Below are positions 1 to 8,266 of a stretch of 64,000 nt of DNA, piece after piece. Both the position numbers and the translations under genes were made by a program. The notes under the pieces are model-generated. The model was not told the DNA's origin and ran no database searches. It saw only the letters and a list, made by a program, of their open reading frames with translations. Origin of the DNA: a virus (lineage: Duplodnaviria > Caudoviricetes); the IMG/VR virus record IMGVR_UViG_3300020037_005233, positions 49,447 to 113,446 of that record. The stretch is one strand, 5' to 3'. How positions within the stretch are numbered: position 1 is the first letter of the stretch; each line of letters starts with the position of its first letter.

Positions 1-1
1 G

Positions 2-307
2 TCTTCCGGGTTTGATAAACTGGCTCTCGCACTCAATCGGTCGCTTGCGGCTGTTGAGATTGAGTCGATGGAAAAGATTGCTAAGTTCTGCGGCTCTGCC
101 CAGAACAACGGGTACACAGATCAACAGATTACAGAGGCAGTCCAAAAGATTGCCGCTGCAAGTGTTAAAAAAAATCTGGCTACCTTAGTAGCTCTCGAAG
201 CATCGACTACGGTAGGTACGGGTATTACTCAAAAAGTTAAGAAGCCTGTGTCTACTGACCAAGGCTGCGATGTCGACCTGACTAACAACATGGGGAGGGG
301 GCTATGA
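2..307 (+). CDS. Head-module protein, 5'-partial (frame open from window start)
   Basis: Frame is open from position 2 (SSGFDKLALALNRS...MEKIA...VQKIA); repeated K-x-A motifs; lies upstream of capsid genes. Confidence 0.6.
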   Translation, partial: SSGFDKLALALNRSLAAVEIESMEKIAKFCGSAQNNGYTDQQITEAVQKIAAASVKKNLATLVALEASTTVGTGITQKVKKPVSTDQGCDVDLTNNMGRGL

Positions 308-654
308 AAACAGTCTCTCTGGACATGGTTAAACAGGCCGGTGTTTTACTGAAGCGAGAACATGAGGAGCGTTTGCGGCTAGAAAAAGTAGCTTCTGCGC
401 TCGAACATGAAAAACGTGCGATGAAAATTGCATTTCGTGAGGTAGAATTAGGTATTGCAGAGCCTTTTAAAACATTTGATGAGTTTTTGAGTAAGGTTGC
501 AAACCTAACTCAAGAAAACCTCGATATCGTCGAGAAGGCTTTGGAACGGGGTTATGGTTCTTCTTTCCATACCGCAGAGCTATCTGATGGGAGCCCAGCT
601 CCCAGAGGAAGTAATGCATTGGAAAGATGGGTTTTGAATGGCGAGGAAGCATAA
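304..654 (+). CDS. Putative capsid scaffolding/assembly protein
   Basis: Helical, charged 116-aa ORF just upstream of decoration and capsid genes; VKQAG and LEKVAS motifs. Confidence 0.4.
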   Translation: MKTVSLDMVKQAGVLLKREHEERLRLEKVASALEHEKRAMKIAFREVELGIAEPFKTFDEFLSKVANLTQENLDIVEKALERGYGSSFHTAELSDGSPAPRGSNALERWVLNGEEA

Positions 655-669
655 AAAGGAGAAAATACT

Positions 670-1137
670 ATGTCACTTCCTAGTGAATTGATTGCACCTA
701 TCAGCGTAGATCTTCGAGCAGAAGAGCTTGCTTTAGAAGTAATCAAAGGTAATGAAAAGTTGATGGTTATTGATGGCGCTTTAGCCTCAGGAGTTAACGT
801 AGCAGCTGGTGACTGGGTTTTGAAAACCACCACTGGTTTCGACGAAATTCCTACAGGCAACGGTCAACCACACGTGTATCCTGTCGTTACTGGTAACAAC
901 CAGTACGATGCATTGGCTACTGGAAATGTTACTGCTGCTATCGGCGGCGGTTTCATCTACCGTACCAATAAGTATGTAGCTGGTTCCTACACCGTCGGTC
1001 AGGCTTTGACAGTCAAAGACTTGGGCGCTGGTGAGATGGTTCCGTCTGCTGCAGGTGTCAACGATGCTATCGTTGCTCGTGTGTACAATATCGATGCTGT
1101 AAAAAGCATTATGGAAATCTTGGTTCTTAATCGCTAG
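670..1137 (+). CDS. Putative capsid decoration/stabilising protein
   Basis: 155-aa Gly/Ala/Val-rich beta-type ORF directly before the major capsid gene; strong AAGGAG RBS. Confidence 0.5.
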   Translation: MSLPSELIAPISVDLRAEELALEVIKGNEKLMVIDGALASGVNVAAGDWVLKTTTGFDEIPTGNGQPHVYPVVTGNNQYDALATGNVTAAIGGGFIYRTNKYVAGSYTVGQALTVKDLGAGEMVPSAAGVNDAIVARVYNIDAVKSIMEILVLNR

Positions 1138-1190
1138 TAGCGGTTGAGATCTTAGAAAACTAAGCCAACCTAAGAAGGAGGAGGCTACAA

Positions 1191-2114
1191 ATGATGAATG
1201 AAGAAGCAACCACATTTAATAACCTGTTTATCGAGCGTATGGATACGCAAGACGGACAGGTTAAGACAGCTCAGGCAGGACAGGCTTACGTCCGTTCTTT
1301 CCTACGTGAACACAGTTTTGCTCGTAAGATTCTCCCACCAGAGAGTGTTACCAGAGCAGATCTCCAACGTTCTACCCGCCACGACACCTTGATCAAGGTA
1401 GTTGATTTCGAGCATCCCTCGACAGCTGCTGCAGTCAATTTTCGTTCGGCTGGTCGTGAGCGTTACTTGCAAGGCAAGCGTTACTCAGTACCTTTCTTCA
1501 AAGTTGAGAGCGATCTCTTCACGAAGCAAGAAGCTGAATTGCTTGCTTACGAGTACCCAATCACTAAGGTGATTGAAGAAAACAGCATCAAGGACATTAT
1601 GTTTGTAGAAGACTCTGTCTTCTTGCAAGCTTCTGCCGGAGCTGTTTTCAATTCTGGTAAGAAAATTGTTAGCGCTGACACTGCTGTGTCACGTAGCAAT
1701 CTTAACAAATTGTTCAAGATGATCGATGTGGATAAGCTCCAGTCGATGGTATGCTTGATGACCTCAGTCGATTTTGATGACTGGCAGGTTCAGCAAGCAA
1801 CTGATGTCGGCTCACCTTTGGCTACCGAAATGGTTGTCAATGGTTACAAGTACGACACCATCATGCGCCGTAAGCTTGTTGTGACCAACAAGGTTGATTT
1901 GCTCAGCCCTGGTCATATCTACGCTTACACCGATCCTAAGTTCCTCGGTAACTTCTTCATCTTGAACGACGTTAAGTTCTGGATTAAGAAAGAAGCCGAT
2001 CGCGTGTTCTGGAAGAGCTGGGAATACGTCGGAATGGGTATTGCAAACCTTCGTTCGGTTGCCAAAATCGAACTTGCGGTTCCGCAAATCATTCCTGGCG
2101 GCGGTTCTTTCTAA
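1191..2114 (+). CDS. Major capsid protein (HK97-like fold, inferred)
   Basis: 307 aa, very strong RBS (AAGGAGGAGG), followed by a terminator; motifs LREHSFARKILPP, IKDIMFVEDSVF and C-terminal EYVGMGIAN resemble capsid proteins of large uncultured myoviruses; synteny. Confidence 0.75.
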   Translation: MMNEEATTFNNLFIERMDTQDGQVKTAQAGQAYVRSFLREHSFARKILPPESVTRADLQRSTRHDTLIKVVDFEHPSTAAAVNFRSAGRERYLQGKRYSVPFFKVESDLFTKQEAELLAYEYPITKVIEENSIKDIMFVEDSVFLQASAGAVFNSGKKIVSADTAVSRSNLNKLFKMIDVDKLQSMVCLMTSVDFDDWQVQQATDVGSPLATEMVVNGYKYDTIMRRKLVVTNKVDLLSPGHIYAYTDPKFLGNFFILNDVKFWIKKEADRVFWKSWEYVGMGIANLRSVAKIELAVPQIIPGGGSF

Positions 2115-2139
2115 GATTAGAAGTATTTGTTCTATTCTG

Positions 2140-2172
2140 GCCCAGGTGGTTAACCTCCACCTGGGCTTTTTT
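2140..2172 (+). terminator. Rho-independent terminator after the capsid gene
   Basis: GCCCAGGTGG-N7-CCACCTGGGC stem followed by T6. Confidence 0.85.
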
Positions 2173-2223
2173 ATTGCCTACAGCACTGACCTAGATGTAG
2201 TGTGGGTTTAGGAGATTCATTAT

Positions 2224-2772
2224 ATGGAAAGCAAGAAAAGATACCGCATTGTAAACGTGACAAACCTCACCGGCGGCAGAGGTAATTTTTTAGATTTGGG
2301 CGAGATCAGCTCTGGCGTGTTTATTCCACCGGGGAAGTCTGTGACGGTGGAACTCAGCTATATCCCACAAATTCTCAGAGACTGGGCTGAGGCAGGTAAC
2401 GTCCGTATCCACAATGACACCACTGGTCAGATCGAGATGGGCCCTAGCGCAGATATCTCAAGAAGTATGGTTGCTCCAGTTGGTGAGGTTTCTGCTACAG
2501 AGCTTGATATTGGAGAAGATGAGCCAGACCTTGCTGAGGCTGTCCCTGCGGCACTCCCACACCAAGCAGATACACGAAGCAATGGAGCACACCTCCCCGA
2601 TAACAGCCAACAATCCCGCGCGAAGGTAACATTAGGGAGCCAAGATGAGTCCTACCCGGTTGACGCTATTTCTCCTATTCCTGGCGACCGTCCTCGTAGT
2701 ATCGATGATTCCGAGAAGTTTACTGTGAAAGCCCCCCGCACCCAAGGTGTTGGTGGCATCATGGGTCGGTAG
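2224..2772 (+). CDS. Hypothetical virion-module protein
   Basis: AGGAG RBS; folded-looking N-terminus and low-complexity C-terminus. Confidence 0.55.
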   Translation: MESKKRYRIVNVTNLTGGRGNFLDLGEISSGVFIPPGKSVTVELSYIPQILRDWAEAGNVRIHNDTTGQIEMGPSADISRSMVAPVGEVSATELDIGEDEPDLAEAVPAALPHQADTRSNGAHLPDNSQQSRAKVTLGSQDESYPVDAISPIPGDRPRSIDDSEKFTVKAPRTQGVGGIMGR

Positions 2773-2788
2773 GTGTTAAAATAGGGAC

Positions 2789-3271
2789 ATGTCTAATCTA
2801 TTTGATGTCCCACCACAACACAGGATTCGAATGGAGAAGGCGCGGAAATATCTGCGCCTTTTTCTTATGGATACCGAGGAACTTAATAGGTTGGTGAGGG
2901 GTAAGGAGATCGATGACGATCGCCTTGATCTTGCTATTGAACTCACGATCAGTGATTGGAACACAACCACACCAGTGATTGGTAGAGTTAGCATAGGTAG
3001 TTTCCCCTCACTTTATTTGCTCCTGCACGGCGCCGCTATTCAGTGTTTGAAGATGGGCGGGCTATGGCAGACAAGAAACGAACTCACCTACAACTCTGGT
3101 GGCAGTAGTTTTGTCAGAGCTAATAAGACTCCGTACTACCAGAGCTGGATTCAGAATTTTTCATCTGAGTACGAGGCTAAAAAATTAAACTACAAGATTC
3201 AAAGGAACGTTGAGGGTGCTTACGGAACAGGGTTTCATTCTGAGTACGACTTAATAGGCTATGACTGGTAG
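2789..3271 (+). CDS. Putative head-tail adaptor (neck) protein
   Basis: Helical 160-aa ORF (LRLFLMD...NRL...IDDDRL) positioned between capsid and sheath genes. Confidence 0.5.
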   Translation: MSNLFDVPPQHRIRMEKARKYLRLFLMDTEELNRLVRGKEIDDDRLDLAIELTISDWNTTTPVIGRVSIGSFPSLYLLLHGAAIQCLKMGGLWQTRNELTYNSGGSSFVRANKTPYYQSWIQNFSSEYEAKKLNYKIQRNVEGAYGTGFHSEYDLIGYDW

Positions 3272-3279
3272 CGTCATAA

Positions 3280-4197
3280 ATGAACACTATAAAATTCAAA
3301 TCCTATCGCGCAATACCTCTCAGCAAAACACCTGCTAAAGTTCTCATCAAATGGGAGATTGAGGCCGGCACTACTGATTTGCAGGATTACGAGTTTTACG
3401 TCGAGCGTGGGCAGGCTGAAGATAACAAGCCTGGCGTTCAGAACGTAGATATTTTCAGAAGGCCTGTTACGCCTGAGATAGCGGTCACCACTACAAACAA
3501 TATGCATGTGCTACATCGCGATGGTATCAGCGCACTTGATTTTAGCTGGTACCTTGATTTTAGCGACGCACTTAAGAACTTAAACGCCACTCCGTTTTAC
3601 CGCATCAGATGCAGGAAAATAAGCACGCAAGAAGACATAGTCACTCCGAGCTTTACATGGGCTGGTGAGCTAGACCTTGTAGGTCTTTATGTAATTGATG
3701 AGCACAACTTCATGCTCTCCGATGTGACTGGTGTGCCGTGCCTAGTTTATAACAGACGGCGTGGTGGAGTGCCGTGCCCACGTTGTTACGACCCCATTCA
3801 AAAGAAACGCACCTCCTCTAGTTGCAGCACTTGTTACGGAACCAACTGGGTGGGTGGCTTTCACAAACCTATTGATACGTTTATTGACTTCACACCTAAC
3901 CCAAAAGCATCTGTGATCCAGCAGTGGGGTGAAACACAGCCCAACGAAACAAACGCGCTCGCATCTAATTTCCCCTCCCTATCACCTGGCGATATAATCA
4001 GAGAGCTTAGGGAAGACAGGTTATGGCGTGTGGTACAGGTGGCCGAGACAGAGAAGCGGCGTGTGCCAATGCTACAATTTACCCGCATCACAGAGATTAA
4101 GCCCGGAGACATCGAGTACAAGATACCTGTTGATGAATTGCTTTCTATTGCAAAGATTGCTGAGCTAGAGTCTAGTAAATTAAAAAGGGAGTTTTAA
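3280..4197 (+). CDS. Putative head-closure/neck protein with Zn-binding insert
   Basis: CPRC...CSTCYGTNWVGGF cysteine cluster, PGDII motif; synteny. Confidence 0.45.
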   Translation: MNTIKFKSYRAIPLSKTPAKVLIKWEIEAGTTDLQDYEFYVERGQAEDNKPGVQNVDIFRRPVTPEIAVTTTNNMHVLHRDGISALDFSWYLDFSDALKNLNATPFYRIRCRKISTQEDIVTPSFTWAGELDLVGLYVIDEHNFMLSDVTGVPCLVYNRRRGGVPCPRCYDPIQKKRTSSSCSTCYGTNWVGGFHKPIDTFIDFTPNPKASVIQQWGETQPNETNALASNFPSLSPGDIIRELREDRLWRVVQVAETEKRRVPMLQFTRITEIKPGDIEYKIPVDELLSIAKIAELESSKLKREF

Positions 4198-4199
4198 TT

Positions 4200-4394
4200 A
4201 TGTTCGCAGAGGGCTTCAAAAAGATTGCGTGGGAGATTAATCAACAGGCAGCCGCTGATTTTAGTCGCGGAGCTAGCAAAGGCTTTGGCGCTGATGACTG
4301 GAAGTCTGGTATACAAAACCTCAAGAATCAGATTGGTCTAGGAGGCCCCCAAAAACCTCCTGCAGCAGGCACAGTCGACAGGGCTGGTGGGTAA
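4200..4394 (+). CDS. Small protein with N-terminal GFxKxA motif
   Basis: MFAEGFKKIA start; tightly packed in the structural operon. Confidence 0.55.
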   Translation: MFAEGFKKIAWEINQQAAADFSRGASKGFGADDWKSGIQNLKNQIGLGGPQKPPAAGTVDRAGG

Positions 4395-4396
4395 AA

Positions 4397-4618
4397 ATGT
4401 TCAGCACTGGCTTCCTCAAAATCGCTGGCGTGTATAGTGTGCAAGGACCTCAAGGCGGTATCAAGCCCAGCAGCAAGCCCGCACGCATTAGCAGTCCTAC
4501 GCCCGCACCTAGTTTTCTAAAGTCTGTTACCGGGGCCAAGGCGACCACTCCATTTGGCAGGCCTCTAACCGGCTTTGGGCACCGTCCCAAAATAACGTCT
4601 TTCCTACGACATGGCTAA
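4397..4618 (+). CDS. Small basic Pro-rich protein with N-terminal GFxKxA motif
   Basis: MFSTGFLKIAG start; tightly packed. Confidence 0.55.
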   Translation: MFSTGFLKIAGVYSVQGPQGGIKPSSKPARISSPTPAPSFLKSVTGAKATTPFGRPLTGFGHRPKITSFLRHG

Positions 4619-4925
4619 GGCTAAACTAACCCTATCCTCTGTAGAAGAGTTGTTTTCTGACACCTCACCGTTCCCGGCGGAGATGATCAGGGATCAGGTA
4701 GTTGAGGACCTTAAGATGACTGATTTGGCAGGTGCTAATCCGTCTCAGCTAAAGATCTCTTTTGATGCTGACCAAGGGAGTGATATACTCATCAGGAGGA
4801 TAGACCCAAAACAAGCACAGGGCTATCTCGTCTTTCAAGACGAGCGGGATTACACTTCTTGGCTTTCCGCAGCACTAGCAGGACCTCCAGATTCAGAAAG
4901 GAGCGGCAATGGCAACGGGACCTAG
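4611..4925 (+). CDS. Hypothetical protein
   Basis: Overlapping start/stop coupling with both neighbours. Confidence 0.5.
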   Translation: MAKAKLTLSSVEELFSDTSPFPAEMIRDQVVEDLKMTDLAGANPSQLKISFDADQGSDILIRRIDPKQAQGYLVFQDERDYTSWLSAALAGPPDSERSGNGNGT

Positions 4926-5538
4926 AGATATAATCGACCCAAATAAGTTCTTCCCTAACACGTTGTTGTTCATGGAGAATAGTTTGCTCGCGTTTTTGCA
5001 GGCACTATTTTCCACATTCCCTCAGGATACCGGGTGTTTCCACTACAATGACAGCTCAGACCTGACAGAGATTAAGATCGAGGGTCAGGGCACTGACAAC
5101 TTAGATTCTGTCGACACCAGGCCCAAAATCACAGTATTTCGTGGTAACGTGGGTTGGAACCTGGCTGGAATAAATGGATCGGTGGGGAGTAAGAATTTAA
5201 GCCAGTTGCAGGTCAGACACACCGCGATCTTGTCAGGGACTGTTGGTATTAGCTGCTACGCTAGAGAAGATCTAGAAGCTGACCGTATCGCAAACATCTG
5301 TGCAAGCGCAGTAGAAGCGTTTAGCCCAGTAATTAGAAGGTTTGGTTTCTTGCAAGTGCACACGGCTCAGATAGGACAGCGAGCTCAGATAGGTGCAGAT
5401 AGTCGTCCTGAATTATTCGTTACTCCGGTCCTTATCAAGGCCGAGGTAACAAAAAACTGGAACCGCGAGATCGTGGATCCTGTTCTACTTAGAAAAGTTT
5501 TGATACAATATGTTACGACTCCTAAAGTTGGTCCGTAA
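4909..5538 (+). CDS. Putative tail terminator/completion protein
   Basis: 209 aa immediately before the sheath gene; RPKITVFRG pattern typical of this slot. Confidence 0.45.
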   Translation: MATGPRDIIDPNKFFPNTLLFMENSLLAFLQALFSTFPQDTGCFHYNDSSDLTEIKIEGQGTDNLDSVDTRPKITVFRGNVGWNLAGINGSVGSKNLSQLQVRHTAILSGTVGISCYAREDLEADRIANICASAVEAFSPVIRRFGFLQVHTAQIGQRAQIGADSRPELFVTPVLIKAEVTKNWNREIVDPVLLRKVLIQYVTTPKVGP

Positions 5539-5561
5539 CTTAGCCCAGAAGAGGTTGATAA

Positions 5562-7508
5562 ATGGCATACAGTGAACCAGGCGTAAAAGTTTCTCAGCAG
5601 TTTGTAAATGCATTGCCAGCACTGGCAGCGTTTGCATTACCAAACGTAAACGTAGGGCCAGCCTTCCAGGTTGTTACTGGCAGGGCCGCCGGCGCATACA
5701 CGGGTGTTGCCGCAGACTATGCCTACGCAGGACAAATCTTAGGTACGATCGTAGACACGCGCGAAGACGACGGAGACCTAGTTGGTTATCCGGTGAAGAT
5801 CGAATTAAAAGACACTGTCATCCGCATCCTGAACCAAACCGGTACGGGTGATGTAGATACCTACGATCTTAATAAATTTAACGACGTTACGGTTAACGTT
5901 TTTCTAAACGTTGTCGCGGGAGACGTTATCGTTGTCACTGGCTCAGGCCTCGGCAACAACGGTGCTTACACCGTCAGAGAGAAAGTTAGCAGCAACATTT
6001 TAGTAACTAACGAAACCTTTGCAGCTGTAGAAGCAGGCCTTAACTACAGCATCAGACGCAATATTCAGACTAGTGTAGGTAATGTATTAATCCCTACCTC
6101 TACATCTGGTGTCACCGTCACTGACTTGTTAGTCCACTTACCGGTCTCTCTTACCTACGTTGACACTGTTTTTGGAACGGTGCCTATCATCAGCGCAGAA
6201 GTCCTTCTCAGTTACAGAGCGCTCCGTTTAGAAAAGTCTGCTGATGTGTTTGAGTACAAGAAAACAAGCGAGCTCCAAGCTGATTTCGGTCTTGACCAAA
6301 TCGTGCCTGAGAATCCAGTAGTTTTCGCGGCTTTCTTAGCACTCAATAACTCAGCCACTCCTACAAATATCTTAGCTCTTCCACAAGACTTCTTAGTCCC
6401 TGGCGATGAGCTTCTGGCTTACAGCAAAGCATTTGATATTCTAGCACTGACTGAAATGTACGCGATCTCTGTTCTTACTCAGAACACAGCCGTACACGGA
6501 TCCCTTAAATCTCATGTAGAGGGTATGTCTTTACCAGACAACAAGCGTGAGCGTGTCGGTATCATCAACCGCAAAATTGTTCTCGATGCTGTTGTAGTTG
6601 ACGAGGTCACCACAGGTGGAGCCGAAGGCATCAGCGGTGTCGGGTTTAACATCTTTGATTCTGCAGCGTCACAGTTCATCACCGATGGTGTTGTCCCTGG
6701 AATGTACCTCAAAGTAACTGCACCCTCTCCAGTAGTTGGTCGGTACAAGATCGGTGCCGTGAGTAGCCAGACACATCTCATTCTCTCAGAGGCAGCTCCT
6801 GCTGCAGCTCTAGGAGTGACATTCACTATTGAAAAGAACCTTACCAAGGCAGAGCAAGCAGCTGTACTTTCAGCTTATGCTCATAGCTTAGGATCAAGAC
6901 GTTTGGTCATGACTTGGCCAGATGTGGTTAAGATCCCTGTAGGGAACGTAATCAAGCAACTTCCTGGGTATTTCTTAAACTCTGGTATCGGCGCTCTTAC
7001 CACAGGGTTGCCTACTCAACAGGGTCTGACCAACACCTCTGTAAGCGTTTACACTGGTGTGGTTCATAGCACTAAATACTTCGACAGAGATCAGCTAAAT
7101 GTGATCGCTGACGGCGGAGTGATGATCTTTGTTCAAGACGTGCTTGATCAAACGGCTCTTTATATCAGGCACCAGCTCACCACTGACAGGTCTGCTATCA
7201 AGTTCCAAGAATACAGCATCACCAAGAACGTGGACTTTGTTGCCAAGTTTATCCGTAACAACCACAAGCAGTTTATTGGTAAGTACAACATCGTCGACAA
7301 TGCTTTTGACGATCTCAAAACCAATGCTAAAGGCATCATCACTTTCTTAGTGGAGAAGACAAAACTTCCTAAGATCGGTGGCGTTCTTCGCAGCGGGAAG
7401 CTTACAAAAATTGAGCAGGACCCTGTCAATATCGATAGTATTGTTGAGGTGTATAACCTAGATATTCCAGTGCCTCTCAACAACCTAGACATCACTATTG
7501 TCGTCTAA
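5562..7508 (+). CDS. Contractile tail sheath protein
   Basis: N-terminal Y-x-x-PGV motif; C-terminal RHQLTT...EYSI..NVD and PVPLNNL motifs characteristic of sheath proteins. Confidence 0.85.
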   Translation: MAYSEPGVKVSQQFVNALPALAAFALPNVNVGPAFQVVTGRAAGAYTGVAADYAYAGQILGTIVDTREDDGDLVGYPVKIELKDTVIRILNQTGTGDVDTYDLNKFNDVTVNVFLNVVAGDVIVVTGSGLGNNGAYTVREKVSSNILVTNETFAAVEAGLNYSIRRNIQTSVGNVLIPTSTSGVTVTDLLVHLPVSLTYVDTVFGTVPIISAEVLLSYRALRLEKSADVFEYKKTSELQADFGLDQIVPENPVVFAAFLALNNSATPTNILALPQDFLVPGDELLAYSKAFDILALTEMYAISVLTQNTAVHGSLKSHVEGMSLPDNKRERVGIINRKIVLDAVVVDEVTTGGAEGISGVGFNIFDSAASQFITDGVVPGMYLKVTAPSPVVGRYKIGAVSSQTHLILSEAAPAAALGVTFTIEKNLTKAEQAAVLSAYAHSLGSRRLVMTWPDVVKIPVGNVIKQLPGYFLNSGIGALTTGLPTQQGLTNTSVSVYTGVVHSTKYFDRDQLNVIADGGVMIFVQDVLDQTALYIRHQLTTDRSAIKFQEYSITKNVDFVAKFIRNNHKQFIGKYNIVDNAFDDLKTNAKGIITFLVEKTKLPKIGGVLRSGKLTKIEQDPVNIDSIVEVYNLDIPVPLNNLDITIVV

Positions 7509-7535
7509 TTTTCAAAGCATTAAGGAGATCTATAA

Positions 7536-8252
7536 ATGGCTACTACCGACTTTGCAAACTGGGACTTCAGTAACTATCATGTCCAGCAGGAACTTAAGGG
7601 CGGACAATTCGTGTCTGCAGAAACATCACTGATCGCCTCCGGAAGACCGGAAATCACTGGCGGCGGTAACTACAGCTCCGGCACTGCCGGTGACGTAGGC
7701 ACCGTGTACCCTATTGGTTTGATCGAGAACGCAGGCATCAGCCAAAGCAAGCAGCTACAGAAGTTGTTTGAAATCGGCAGCTCCAGAAGCTACTTCGTTC
7801 CCGGCCGCGTGATCGGGTCTGTGAACATCGGCCGTATTTTTTACTACGGCCCTTCGCTTCTCCGAACCTTCTACGCCTACTACTACAATGATGCTAACAA
7901 CATCAAAATTGGTACAGAAGCAGCTAGCGCTGAAGTAACTCTAGAGGATAGCAGTATCACTCAGTCTCCTCTCGCAAGACTTCTTGGTAGCGACACCGCT
8001 TTCCACAAAGTTAAGCACAGTCCTGGCGAAGATTACTTCTACGTGAATCTTGCCTCTGACTTATTCAATCAAGGCTTTGGTCTTGCGTTCTACTTTAAAG
8101 ACACTAACTTCAACTCTGTCGGTGCATTCTATCTTGAGAATGTGTACGTACAGGGCCACCAGTTCAGCCTGAGCTCTGGTTCAGTGCTGGTTATGGAAGG
8201 TGCGTCTATGCAGTACGATCGTATTGTTCCTATTAAGTTGATTAACGCCTAA
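7536..8252 (+). CDS. Tail tube protein
   Basis: Follows sheath; PIGLIEN...LQKLFEIGSSRSYFVPG motif of myovirus tube proteins. Confidence 0.7.
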   Translation: MATTDFANWDFSNYHVQQELKGGQFVSAETSLIASGRPEITGGGNYSSGTAGDVGTVYPIGLIENAGISQSKQLQKLFEIGSSRSYFVPGRVIGSVNIGRIFYYGPSLLRTFYAYYYNDANNIKIGTEAASAEVTLEDSSITQSPLARLLGSDTAFHKVKHSPGEDYFYVNLASDLFNQGFGLAFYFKDTNFNSVGAFYLENVYVQGHQFSLSSGSVLVMEGASMQYDRIVPIKLINA

Positions 8253-8266
8253 TAGGTGGTGCCTGC

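Noticed and set aside
1142-1170. Hairpin upstream of the capsid gene as a terminator
   Set aside because: No T-run follows; it may be an mRNA stability or processing element, but the evidence is too weak to call.
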